DNA of 64,000 bases from Heptranchias perlo (Eukaryota), in the NCBI RefSeq assembly GCF_035084215.1, contig NC_090362.1:12214001-12278000 (forward strand). The letters run 5' to 3'. A program made the translations under genes and the position numbers. Below the pieces are notes generated by a model. That model searched no databases. It was not told the DNA's origin and saw nothing but the letters and a program-made list of their open reading frames with translations. This document shows positions 37,147-49,275 of this stretch, one piece after another (within the stretch, counting starts at the first letter, position 1; every line of letters starts with the position of its first letter).

Positions 37147-37640
37147 GCTTTACTCTGTATCTAAACCATGCTGTCCCTGCCCTGGGAGTGTTTGATGGGA
37201 CAGTGTAGAGGGAGCTTTACTCTGTATCTAAACCATGCTGTCCCTACCCTGGGAGTGTTTGATGGGACAGTGCAGAGGGAGCTTTACTCTGTATCTAAAC
37301 CATGCTGTCCCTACCCTGGGAGTGTTTGATGGGACAGTGTAGAGGGAGCTTTACTCTGTATCTAAACCATGCTGTCCCTACCCTGGGAGTGTTTGATGGG
37401 ACAGTGTAGAGGGAGCTTTACTCTGTATCTAACCCGTGCTGTACCTGCCCTGGGAGTGTTTGATGGGACAGTGTAGAGGGAGCTTTACTCTGTATCTAAA
37501 CCATGCTGTACCTGCCCTGGGAGTGTTTGATGGAACAGTGTAGAGGGAGCTTTACTCTGTATCTAACCCGTGCTGTGCCTGCCCTGGGAGTGTTTGATGG
37601 GACAGTGTAGAGGGAGCTTTACTCTGTATCTAACCCGTGC
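37147..37640 (+). repeat. 67-bp tandem array (~7.4 copies)
   Basis: GCTTTACTCTGTATCTAA..CCCTGGGAGTGTTTGATGGGACAGTGTAGAGGGA; unit starts at 37147, 37214, ... Confidence 0.95.
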
Positions 37641-38759
37641 TTTGTCTCTTTAGGTCTTCTTCAGGCATCATGAGATGAAAGTATTCTTAGCCAGTGTGAC
37701 ACACAGTTTCTGAGCGGTGGTAATTCAACATTAACTGATGTTGTTGCTTTGTTAAAAAGAGACTGACCTTAAATCAGCCACCAAAATGAAGGTTCCTGCT
37801 TAGCATGCCAGTAACGTGATTCTACTTCATTTCTATTCCAAGTGAGTTCCTGCTGATTATTATGCCGAAAACGTACAAAATTGAAATTTCTGAAATAAAT
37901 CCCAATTTCTAAATGTAAATAGAGAGGATCTCACTTAACTTGGTCAGAAGAAAACCATGATACAATAGTTCCAATCTCCTAATTCACTCACCGTGTAACT
38001 GAATAAACTAATATTCCCATTTGCTGTTAATTGAATTACAGAGCACTTCTACAGAAAGACTCCCATTGTTTGAAGGGAGCTCTGGAATGCACTTCATGGA
38101 TCAATGGACCAGTGCCTCCACTCCTAAAGTGTTTAATCTCTGTCTGGACACTCACCGAGTCCTCTTAATTACACTTTTTAAAAGTGATCATTCCGACGAT
38201 AATTCTATTTCTTCCTGAAGCGCTAACTCCCTGTCCCCGACCTTCCCTCCCCCCAACCCCAATCAACTCGGCAGCTCTCTGTTCCCTCTCTCTCTGCTCC
38301 CAAAGTTCATTTTCTCAAGTTGACTTTTCTTTTCACGCCACTGATTCTTTCTGCAGCCTTTTTATTCTAGGGGGATGGTGATCCTGACAGCGTTACGCTG
38401 CACAGACTGCTTTGGCTTTTGGACAGATCTATGCCCCGCTTATATTGCGGAACTAAATGTGCTTTGCAAAGTGTGAAAGGCTCCGAGTTCACCCGAAGGT
38501 CAATCGTGAGCATTTGGTCAAGAGTGGCAATGTGTCTGGCTGCTGACGCCACTCAATGTTGGAGGCTAGGTCTGTAAAGACCAGAACAGCATAGCAGCCA
38601 CTGGCAGTGGCTCTCTCTACATTTCCCTCCACTGGTGCTTTGCGTCCAGAGTCCCTTTGGAAACCCACTTGGTGGAGGCAGGGTTGGCTTCCTCACTACT
38701 CAATAGGGATAGAGCCTCCCCCTACACCCTTTGATGTTTGATCAAATTATAGATTTAAT

Positions 38760-39152
38760 ACTCCAGAGACTTAAGCACATAATCCAGGCTGACACTTCAG
38801 TGCAGTACTGAGGGAGCACTGCACTGTCGGAGGTGTCGTCTTTTGGATGAGACTTTAAACCGAAGCCTCGTCTGCCCTCTCAGGTGGGCGTAAAAAATCC
38901 CACAGCATTATTTCAAAGAAGAGGAGAGGAGTTCTCCCCGGTGTCCTGGCCAACATTTATTCCTCAACCGACACCTAAAATAGGTGATCTGGTCACTTAT
39001 TTCATTGCTGTTTGTGGGATCTTGCTGTGCGCAAATTGGTTACCACATTTCCTGTATTGCAACAGTGACTACACTTCAAAAGTGCTTAATTGGCTGCAAA
39101 ACACTTTGGGACGTCCTGAGGTTGTGAAAGGCTCTACATAAATGCAAGTTCT
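38760..39152 (+). mobile_element. Deu-domain SINE (5' truncated)
   Basis: Match to 840-1230. Confidence 0.88.
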
Positions 39153-39499
39153 TATTGGAAATCTGAACAACAAACAAACGGGAATCTTAGATAAATCCAG
39201 CTCTAGTTTCTCATCAAACTTCTTTAGAAAAGGTTTTCAATAAACTTTCAGAGGCAGCAAAGCAAACACTGGGACTCAAACCATGATCCTTGGCTAAACA
39301 AAGTGATCTGGATCAAATAATTGCTTGTGTTTCACATACAGTACATCCTGCAGTAATATTTCAAGAGGTACTGGGACAACTTTGGCCAGACACTTAAATC
39401 ATGCAGTGAGTGGGCAGAGCAGTAGGTTTTTGTATCACACAAGTGGTGGCTGCTCCTTTCATACACACAGTACTCTAGCATATTCATCCATATTCACAG

Positions 39500-39803
39500 C
39501 TCTCAAACCTCCACCACCTAGAAGGACAAGGGCAGCAGGTGCATGGGAACAACACCACCTCCAAATTCCCCTCCAAGTCACACACACCATCCTGACTTGG
39601 ACATACAGCGCCGTTTCATCGTCACTGGGTCAAAATCCTGGAACTCCCTACATAACAGCACTGTCGAAATGCCTTCACCACATGGGCTGCAGCGTTTTAA
39701 GAAGAAGGCCCATTGCCACCTTCTCAATGGGCAACCAGGGTCAGGCAATAAATGCCAGCCTTGCTAGCGACGCCCAAATCCCAAGAATTATAATTTTTTT
39801 TAA
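39500..39803 (+). mobile_element. CR1-group LINE 3' end (second lineage)
   Basis: RRFIVTGSKSWNSLHNSTVEMPSPHGLQRFKKKAH. Confidence 0.8.
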
Positions 39804-40387
39804 ATTATGAGACGCAGAAGACATCAAAACTCTCCAGTTAGACATCATATCATAACATTTCTAAACAACCATAAAGGCCAATCTCAGGCTCCCAGCAGGG
39901 AGGGTGCTCTCAGACCATGTATGTCAGAAGATCACCTGCACGCAGCCGATAGTTAACTCTAATGGACTGAAAATCACAGGCTGTGTGCTTACGATTTCCC
40001 ACTATGAATTCCCAGTGAACTCTGCTCTTTTCGGGAAGCATGGAATCAACCCTTATACAGCCCGAGGAAGGGAGGGACAGTGTCCAGAGCGAATAGAGGT
40101 CAATTTATAAAATTCTAACCATTTTGTCCCCCAGAATACTAACCTGGAAATTGTCCATTTAACTTCATCTATTCCTATACAAGATAAATACTATTTTGAT
40201 AATCAAATACTCTGTATGACACAATGTTTCCTAAGGGGAAGGGGGTGTTGTCTATGGAGGACAGCAGGCCTGGATTAAGTAAAGGAGGTGTGAGAACAGC
40301 TGAATGTTTTGCTTGATGCCTTTGGCGACCAGGAAGTATTTATATAGAACTTTTCCTCAGGAGACAGAAGGATTGGGTATGGTAGTT

Positions 40388-40620
40388 TGTACATGTTCTG
40401 TGGGAGGAGATTAAATGGGTGGGGAGAGTCCATGATAGGGGAGAGTGTACATGGGCTGTGGGAGGAGATTAAATGGGTGGGGAGAGTCCATGATTGGGGA
40501 GAGTGTACATGGGCTGTGGGAGGAGATTAAATGGGTGGGGAGAGTCCATGATAGGGTAGAGTGTACATGGGCTGTGGGAGGAGATTAAATGGGTGGGTAG
40601 AGTGTACATGTGCTGTGGAA
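40388..40620. repeat. 58-bp tandem repeat (~4 copies)
   Basis: GTACATG starts at 40389, 40447, 40505, 40563. Confidence 0.9.
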
Positions 40621-41009
40621 GGGGCAAGCTTGATGGGCTGAATGGGGCTCCTTCATTCTATAGTTGTTTGTGTTCTATAAAACTGAATTTCCCTTTTAAC
40701 TACTTTTGCAAAGTCCATCATCATAATGATGGCAGCAGATTGGGGGCAGGCGGGTGCAGGTGCAGGAGATCTCAATAGATCCTCCGCAACATCAGTAGGA
40801 CTCTTAATTGGCTCCTTAGTCCCCAGTGCTGTCATCATTTGCCTGATGAGCTCATTAACTGTCTCTTTGGTAAAGCAATTAGCCAATGAGGCCTCTTTAG
40901 AATTTTCCCATTTCAAAATATTCCATTTCTTACAAATCTTAACCATTAAGGGCCCAGTTTGACTGCCACTTTTCCACTGCTGCAAACAAGGAATGCAGAA
41001 TTCTCTCCC

Positions 41010-41240
41010 TGTGTTTGATGGGACAGTGTAGAGGGAGCTTTACTCTGTATCCAACCCGTGCCAAACCTGTCCTGGGAGTGTTTGATGGGACAGTGTAGAG
41101 GGAGCTTTACTCTGTATCTAACCCGTGCTGTACCTGCCCTGGGAGTGTTTGATGGGACAGTGTAGAGGGAGCTTTACTCTGTATCCAACCCGTGCTATAC
41201 CTGCCCTGGGAGTGTTTGATGGGATAGTGTAAAGGGAGCA
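41010..41240 (+). repeat. Second 67-bp array (~3.4 copies)
   Basis: Same unit as 37147-37640. Confidence 0.92.
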
Positions 41241-42080
41241 GGGCACCCACTTGAAACAGGCATTAGGTGTCCTGTACGTGCAAATTGGGGACTTAACGCC
41301 TGTTGTGGGACTAAATTGATCTAAATTGATTCACAGATAGGCGGAGCTCGCACTGTGCAGCTGTTCCAGGTCTTGAACGGCCTCTCCAGTGGTCCTTGGG
41401 GGCCCCTCAAAATTTGGCCAGCAAACCTTTTAACAGTTTAATTCCTGTGGAGCAGAAGGAGCAGGAGTGCTCATAATGTCTCCACCAAAATACAGCAGAC
41501 CGCTCCCGGTTCCACCACCCCTCTCCCCCGCATCACCTCCCCCCATCCCCTCCTTCCATTTAACCTCTCCCCACCCCTCCCTCCGCATCACCTCCCCCAC
41601 CCTCCCTCCGCATCACCTCCCCCCACCCCCTCCTTCCATTTAACCTCTCCCGACCCCTCCCACCACATCACCTCCACCACCCTCCCTCTGCATCACCTCC
41701 CCCTACCCCTCCCTCCCCGTCACTTCCCCCCACCCTCCCTCCCCATCGCCACCCCCCACCCTTCCTCCACATTGCCTCCCCCCACCCCCCGCGTTGCTCC
41801 CACCCCTCCCCCCACCCCCAGCGTTGCTCCCCCCCTCCCCCTCCCCCCTCTGCATTGCTTCCCCCCAGACCAGGACCTGCCCGCAGACCGGCTTGGTGTT
41901 GGACCCGGGACTCGGCTGGAATCAGTCAGACCCCAACCCGCGAGCTATATCGGGATGCCCAATTGCTGCTCATATCTCGCCCGTTTAATGCAAATGAGGC
42001 GCGAGGCACGATCTGAATGGGGGCTCAGGCGAGAGTCCTCGGGCACACATTCCAATCGTGCCACCCATTTTACAACGGAA
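41240..42080. mobile_element. Harbinger-like non-autonomous relic with internal C-rich repeats (41515-41850)
   Basis: TGAAACAGGCATTA..TTAACGCCTG and ATGCAAATGAGGC motifs; related to 10440-10835. Confidence 0.4.
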
Positions 42081-42449
42081 ACTGACACAAGTTGAATTTC
42101 TTCCCTTATGATCCTGAACGTTATGTGTACAGAACGGAAAGTATTCGATTGCCAAACTTCACAGAGCACAAAAATAACAGAAAAAAGTCAGTTAGAAAAA
42201 AGTTCTCCTCCCCAACCCCAGCACCAATAATTACTTCATTACTGCTGGCAACACTGACGCCATTCCCTGACTTCTCTACAATATTGGATTTCAAGTCTCC
42301 TGACTGCATTGATTTGCAGACAAGTTCTGCCTCGCCTCAAACTGCAAAATTTATAACAGGTCAGAGTGAAATTTCTCTCTGAAGCCCATGAGTCTAAGGG
42401 TTAAAATCTCCGTCTAATTTCTGCCTAGCAGGGTCTGGATAAAACATTT

Positions 42450-43253
42450 CAGTAGGAACAGGAGTAGGCCATTCAACCCCTTGAGCCTGTTCCACCATTC
42501 TATTAGATCATGACCAATCTGTACCTCAGCTCTATTTATCGGCCTTTGCTCGACATCCCTTACCCAACAAAAATCTATCAATCTTAGTCTTGAAAGTTTC
42601 AATTGACCCCCAGCATCCACAGCCTTTTGGTGGAGAGAATTTCAAATTTTCACTACCCTTTGTGCGAAAAAGTGCTTCCTAATTTCTCTCCTGAATGGCC
42701 TTGTTCTAAGGGTGAGAGGTGGTATGATTGTTGTTTTTAGGATTCTAAATGGACTAGACAATGTCAACCCTGACCTGCTGTTTCACCTTGTCCAGAACAG
42801 TAGGACCAGAGGACACGGCTTGAGCTTGAAGGGGGTAAATTAAAAACTAATCTGCGGAAATAATATTTCAGTGAGCGAGTGGTCAATCTGTGGAACAGGC
42901 TCCCTAGGGAGACGATGAAAGCAGAAAGTGTTGATTCATTTAAAAAATTCAAATTAGATCAATTTCTTTTAGAAAATAATATTTTGGTATATGAGCAATT
43001 TGAGACATGACATGTGGCGAGTGTAACATGCTCGGGAGGAACAGGTGACTTTGGACCTATGGTTCCCAAAGCTCTCCACCACTGGGGGTTTCCTCACCTC
43101 ATGACTGGGTCCGTTGTAGACTAATTGATAGAGATTGATTGATTGATTAGTCAACAACTCCATTATCATTGTATCATGTGACTACCACAATGGTAGAAGA
43201 CGAACTAGATGGACCTTGGTCTTTTATCGTCCAGCAATTCCTATGTTCCTATG
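42450..43253. mobile_element. Two abutting CR1 3' ends (42450-42710 minus; 42712-43253 plus)
   Basis: Minus: FRREIRKHFFAQRVVKI; plus: TRGH..KYYFSERVVNLWNRLP and TTCCTATGTTCCTATG tail. Confidence 0.85.
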
Positions 43254-43934
43254 AATCAACGTCTTCAAGAGAGGAGTGTGAAAATCAGAGGGGATAAAGG
43301 CCTCTCCTTCTGTTTTTTCACTTTCAGTTTGACAGCCTCTGGAATGTATCTGAGTGCAGTGAGCGCATCAAATGGCTGGTGTGGAACCTTGAGGGGGATC
43401 CTTAGGTCCTAATTACATCCTTCTGGCTGGAACACTATAATTTTAGAAAGAACATTTCTGCATTAGCAATCGGAAACACTTCTCAAAATGTCTTATTTAT
43501 GCCTTCCCCCAACAAAAGAATCAACTGCAAAGTTTTCCTGGAGATGTTTATGAAAATTACAGGCAGAAGAAATATATTTTCTTGGCCAAAATCTTCATGC
43601 CTCTTATCATATCTCCCCTTGGGATCTGCAACGCACTTTGATCAAGGAATGAGTGTGACCAAGAAAAAAATGCGGAGAGTCCAACTACAGAGGTTAGAAT
43701 ACTAAAAACTGTAAAGAAGATGCTGCCAATCTTTGATGTGAAGCAATAGGGTACTGTAATAAAATAAATCCTTAGCATGAGAAATAAGGCAACAGCAACA
43801 GCTTCAGTTACTAAAATGGAAACATTCTTCAGATACCTCATGCATAAGTTGCTTTCTCTCTAATTAAAATATTCCCTGACGGCCTCACAGCACAGACCAT
43901 TCCTTTCACTGTGTGCTCTATACTCGAATTAAAG

Positions 43935-44500
43935 GGACAGATGAGGGAAGGATTGAGAGACACCGCAGTGTCACTCTACAGATATCTCCCTGAGGGAGAG
44001 GAACTAAGAGACACCAGTCAGTGTACAAATATCTCCCCTGACAGAAAGGGACTGAGAGACACCAGTCAATGTATTGATATCTCCCTGACAGAAAGGGACT
44101 GAGAGACGCCAGTCAGTGTACAAATATCCCCCTGACAGAAAGGGACTGAGAGACACCAGTCAATGTATAGCTATCTCCCTGACAGAAAGGGACTAAGAGA
44201 CACCAGTCAGTGTACAAATATCCCCCTGACAGAAAGGGACTGAGAGACACCAGTCAATGTATAGATATCTCCCTGAGGGAGAGGGACTAAGAGACACCAT
44301 TCAGTGTACAAATATCTCCCCTGACAGAAAGGGACTGAGAGACGCCAGTCAAAGTATAGATATCTCCCTGACAGAAAAGGACTAAGAGACACCAGTCAGT
44401 GTACAAATATCCCTCTGACAGAAAGGGACTGAGAGACACCAGTCACTGTATAGATATCTCCCTGAGAGAGAGGGACTGAGAGACACCAGTCATTGTACAG
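43935..44500. repeat. 47-48-bp minisatellite with alternating monomer types
   Basis: GACAGAAAGGGACTGAGAGACACCAGTCA-(GTGTACAA/ATGTATAG)-ATATCTCCCT. Confidence 0.93.
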
Positions 44501-44519
44501 TGTTAGCCAGTCACTGTAC

Positions 44520-44900
44520 AGTAACACTCTCACCTCTGAGTCAGAAGGTTGTGGGCTCAAGTCCCACTCCAGAGACTTGAGCACAAAATCTAGGCTGACA
44601 CTCCAGGGCAGCCCTGAGGGAGTGCTGCACTGCCAGAGATACCGTCTTTCGAATGAGACGTTAAACTGAGGCCCTGTCTGCTCTCTCAGGTGGATATAAA
44701 AGATCCCATAGTACTATCTTGAAGAAGAGTAAGAGAATTCTCTCCGATATCCTGGCCAATATTTATCCCTCATCCACTGGTTATCTGGTTATTATCACAT
44801 CACTGTTTGTGGGACCTTGCTGTGTGCAAATTGGCTGTTGTGGTTCCTACATTACAACAGTGACTGCACTTCACTGGAGGTTGTAAAGGACGCTATAGAG
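44520..44900 (+). mobile_element. Deu-domain SINE
   Basis: Match to 777-1232. Confidence 0.85.
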
Positions 44901-45144
44901 AGGGGGAGGGTACGCAGCAGATAAAGAATGTGAGCTTGAATTAGAATTATTCCCACAAACAGCAAAGAGGATGGGTGACCTGCTAATCTGCTTTTGGTGG
45001 TGCCAGTCAAGGGAAGAATGTTGGCCAAGAGACCAAGAATATTAAAGGAGGACAAGTAGAGAGTGGAATTAGACTATGTGGGATATTAAAGAGTATGGGG
45101 AGAAAGAACAGGAGTGACTATTGTGGAGCAAAATACTGGTGCAG

Positions 45145-45499
45145 ATTTAAATTCCTTCATGGCCTTGCCCGCCCCTATCTCTGTAACCTCCTACAATCCT
45201 TCCCTGAACGCTCCATTCCTCTGACCTGCCATTTGTGCACCCCTTCACCCCACCAATGGCGGCCGTGCCTCCAGTTGCCTAGGTCCTAAGATCTGGAATA
45301 CCCTCACTAAATCCCTCCGCCTGTCAACTTTTAAGACCCTCCCTAAACCCCACCTCTTTGGCTAAGCTTTTGGTCACCTGTCCTAATGGCTCCTTCTTTG
45401 AATTCGTGTCCCACTTTTGTCTGGTTACAGCTCTGTGAAACACCTGAGGATGTTTTTTCTACGTTAAAGATGCTGTAGAAATGCAAGTTGTTGTTGTTG
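45145..45499 (+). mobile_element. L2 LINE 3' end
   Basis: FKFLHGLARPYLCNLL; GCAAGTTGTTGTTG tail. Confidence 0.85.
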
Positions 45500-46450
45500 A
45501 TGGGCTGAATGGCCTGTTTCTGTGCTGGAACATTCGATGATTCTATGACTGGATTCTCTTCAATTCTACTTGATTCAGTTCCACACATTACGTCTCCCTT
45601 GTAACATTCAAGAACAGCCCAGACTGATGCACACCCACTTTAAGAAGGCATGTTTCTGTTTGTAAGGTCTGCTGACTGATCCCAAATGAACTGTTGTGCT
45701 GCAATTTGCATTTGGTCTCATTTACTGTATCATTCTAAACGTCAGGCTTGATAAGTTACTGTGAAGAGATACTTCATAGTGGCAGCTCTCTGGGGTAATA
45801 ATCGGTGTCATTACATCAGACACAATGAGCATTCTTCATCCAGTTTCTGTCAACTCTTGACGGAGAGCATCTGACCACTGTTTTATGCAGCAGGATAAAT
45901 GCTTCCCTTGGCTATTTGAGATGAATCTCATTTTTGCTTTCATCTTTACCAGTTCTTCAAATCTCCGACACTTTTATTTCGCTCAATGCTACTCTTCGTT
46001 ATTGTTTTCTGTTAAGATCGGATGGTGGGGTGGAAGGGGGGTGGGGAAGAAGTACATTTTTTTGTAGCCCTTGAGATAGGGTGGAATTTCAACCTGCAGG
46101 GTTTTCTTTAATTGACAAATCCAGGTGAAGGGACTCAGACTGCAGGAGGAATTTACAAGGAAGGGAAGACTGAGTGAGGTGTTGAGTTCTACAGCTTTGT
46201 GATCCTGGAATACAATGACTTAGAGTAGGATCTGGAACGATGAGTCTTAATTTCAACACAATGAGGATGCTGGAAGGGGCAAAGAGTTGCAAAGATAATT
46301 ATTTAGAGTTTGGGATGAACAGGAAAGAAAAGTTCAGAACAGCAGTGGCTATAATAATGTCATGATGTGGAGATGCCGGTGATGGACTGGGGTTGACAAT
46401 TGTAAACAATTTGACAACACCAAGTTATAGTCCAGCAATTTTATTTTAAA

Positions 46451-46489
46451 TTCACAAGCTTTCGGAGGCTTCCTCCTTCCTCAGGTGAA
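46451..46489 (-). ncRNA. Minimal hammerhead ribozyme
   Basis: Reverse complement TTCAC-CTGAGGA-A-GGAGG(AAG)CCTCC-GAAA-GCTT-GTGAA. Confidence 0.8.
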
Positions 46490-46518
46490 CGATGTGGAAA
46501 TGTGGGATTTCCACATCG

Positions 46519-46557
46519 TTCACCTGAGGAAGGAGGTAGCCTCCGAAAGCTTGTGAA
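46519..46557 (+). ncRNA. Minimal hammerhead ribozyme
   Basis: TTCAC-CTGAGGA-A-GGAGG(TAG)CCTCC-GAAA-GCTT-GTGAA. Confidence 0.8.
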
Positions 46558-47314
46558 TTTAAAATAAAATTGCTGGACTATAACTTGGTGTTGTAAAATT
46601 GTTTATAATAATGTCAAGAAAGGTTGCAATGAGAGGATGCCAGAATTATTTTCGTAAAAGAGAGGTAGGAGGTTAGAAGTGAGAGAGGGATCACCTGGTC
46701 AGACAACAAGCCCTTGTAAGTTGTCCTGGGGTGTGAGAGAAGTGCTAGAAGATCCTCCCATGTATGGCAGCAATATTCAACTCTGAGACAGACTTGGGCC
46801 TTATAGACAGATACGAGTTGATGAGCAGAAAAGACATTGCAAAGGACCTATTTTGTGATTCCAGCCAAGCAAAGACAGGAAACATTAGCTGCAGTGAAAA
46901 GCTAGTCAAAAGAACAAAAATAACCGATTGCAATTTTCTGGGGCCAACTCATCTGAATAATTAGTGTGAACTCCCAGCACTGCTTTGGCTTGTGGTGGGA
47001 GTTGGCATAATTAGGGAAAAGCTGGCTAGAATCTCAAATTTAAAGGGACATGCCCACTTAAAGTAGTGTGGCCTCTTATGGGGACACAGAATGTTTCAGC
47101 CTTCATAAAATAGAGTCTATGGACAAGTAATGGAATAGTACAGCACCAAACCCCTTGTTAGATGGCTGGTGAAGTGGATATAAAGCTGGATGAAATGGGT
47201 GTGAGGAAGAGTAAACTGTTTACCATTCCAGGGCAACCTTTCTCAAAGATCATCAGTGCCCCATGCCTGTCAGTAGATGGTGGCCAGTCTCAACATCCTA
47301 TACAACACCTTGGA

Positions 47315-48080
47315 ATAGAATCAAAGAATCACAGAAAGGTTACAGCACGGAAGGAGGCCATTCAGTCCATCAAGTCCATGCCGGCTCTATGCAAGAGCAA
47401 TCCAGCTAGTCCCACTCCCCTGCCCTATCCCCGTAGCCCTACAAATTTTTTCCTTTCAAGTACTTATCCAATTCCCTTTTGAAAGTCATGATTCAATCTG
47501 CCATTGTGTCATTGCAAATTTGGAAATTGTGCCCTCTACATCGAAGTCCAAGTCATTAATATATATCAACAAAAGCAGTGGTCCCGGTACCGACCCTCGG
47601 GAACACCACTGTACACCTCCCTCCAATCCAAAAAACAACCGTTCACCACTACTTTTTGCTTCCTGTTACTTAGTCAATTTTGTATCTATGCTGCTACTGC
47701 CCCTTTTATTCTATGGGCTTCAATCTTGATGACAAGCCTATTGTGCGGCACTTTATCAAATGCCTTTTGAAAGTCCATAAACACCACATCAACCGCATTG
47801 CCCTCATCGACCCTCTCTGTTACCTCATCAAAAAACTCTATCAAGTTAGTTAACACGATTTGTCTTTAACAAATCCATGCTGGCTTTCCCTAATCAATCC
47901 ACACTTGTCCAAGTGACGTCTAATTCAGTCCCGGATTATTGTTTCTAAAAGTTTCCCCACCACCGAGGTTAAACTGACCGGCCTGTAGTTGCTGGGTTTA
48001 TCCTTGTACCCTTTTTTGAACAAGGGTATAACACTTGCAATTCTCCAGTCCTCTGGCACCATCCCCGAATCTAAGGAAGT
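47315..48080 (-). mobile_element. CR1 with internal deletions (RT start joined to 3' tail)
   Basis: SLDSGMVPEDWRIASVIPLFKKG..PSNYRPVSLTSVVGKLLETII; DFQKAFDKVPH; CR1 tail at 47315-47500. Confidence 0.92.
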
Positions 48081-48374
48081 GAGAGAAGACAGCACACTTA
48101 AAGAAGGAGAGCAAGGTAAGGCTACTGAGGTGTAATCACATCTGCCTTTCTCTTCCTCCAATCTTAGAATTCCCAAAGAATCTGACACCCTGCTCACTTT
48201 GCTTGCCTCAAGGGAAACAGCAGCTTGAAGCAAGATTGTTGTAGGAAACAGATTTGTAAATAAAAGTCTTGCAATGCAAAAATAAAAATAAGGCCTACAC
48301 AGCAACAAACATAGAGCTAAAGCAATATAATAACCCCCCAAAAATTCCAAATATTATCGAAGTTGTGAGATGGT

Positions 48375-48717
48375 TTTTATGGAGTAGACAGGGAGAAACT
48401 GTTTCCAATGGCAGGAGGGTCGGTAACCAGAGTGACACAGATTTAAGGTGATTGGCAAAAGAGCCAGAGGAAGAGATGAGAACATTTTTTACACAGTGAG
48501 TTGTCATGATCTGGAATGCACTGCCTAAAAGGGCGGTGGAAGCAGATTCAATAGTAACTTTTGAAAGGGAATTGGATAAATACTTGAAAAGGAACAATTT
48601 GCAGGCCTATGGGGAAAGAGTCAGGGAATAGGGCTAATTGAATAGCCCTTTCAAAGAGCCGGGACAGGCACAATGGGCGGAATGAGCTCCTTCTGTGCTG
48701 TAAGATTCTGTGATTCT
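48375..48717 (+). mobile_element. CR1 3' end
   Basis: VDREKLFPMAGGSVTR; same subfamily as 20815-21215. Confidence 0.9.
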
Positions 48718-49062
48718 AAGTTAACTCATAAAGGCCAGACCATCCATGCAGTCCTGTCATTGCTTTATATGGACGAGTTGCACTATGGGGGAGAAGAAGC
48801 CTCGCAAAAAAAAACTTGAAATCCTGCATGAGCCCAGTCTGTGTCGGATTCAGAGATGCAATGAGGTTCACACTGGACATCTGCACCCCTTCAAAAAAGA
48901 CGTATATGTTTCTGAATTGTGAAATGCAGTGTGCTGTTAATTGGGTGTTCGCACCTCTGCCTTCGACAGTGCAACTTGTGCTCGTGACTGACGAGGCTCT
49001 GTGCTGGGTGAAAAATTTACCCTGTACTATCCAAACTAATTATATCATCTCCATGGATGCAA

Positions 49063-49275
49063 TAAAACAAAACAAAACAAAAGCAAAATGCTGCGGATGC
49101 TGGAAGTCTGAAATAAAAACAGAAAATGCTGGAAACACTCAGCAGGTCAGGCAGCATTTCAAGTCGATGACCTATCGTCAGTACAGTTCTCATCAACCTG
49201 AAACGTTAACTCTGTTTCTTTCTCCGCAGATGCTGTCTGACCTGCTGAGCGTTTCCAGCATGTTCTGTTTTTATT
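49063..49275. mobile_element. Fold-back insertion of a second Penelope-type family with partial hammerhead motifs
   Basis: Inverted arms 49111-49157 and 49230-49276; 13-bp TSD TCCATGGATGCAA (49050-49062, 49276-49288). Confidence 0.8.

Larger units (their letters stand above)
46363..46603. mobile_element. Penelope-derived fold-back insertion
   Basis: Arms ~46400-46501 and 46507-46608 nearly perfectly inverted, loop GTGGG; 13-bp TSD TATAATAATGTCA (46350-46362, 46604-46616). Confidence 0.92.

Noticed and set aside
37147-37640. CRISPR-like regular periodicity (also 24302-25060 and 43935-44500)
   Set aside because: Whole units repeat with no unique spacers; no cas genes; vertebrate context
37986-38010. 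7-nt micro-exon candidate (CAG/TTACACG/GTGAGT)
   Set aside because: Weak pyrimidine tract and frame-shifting length; expected by chance
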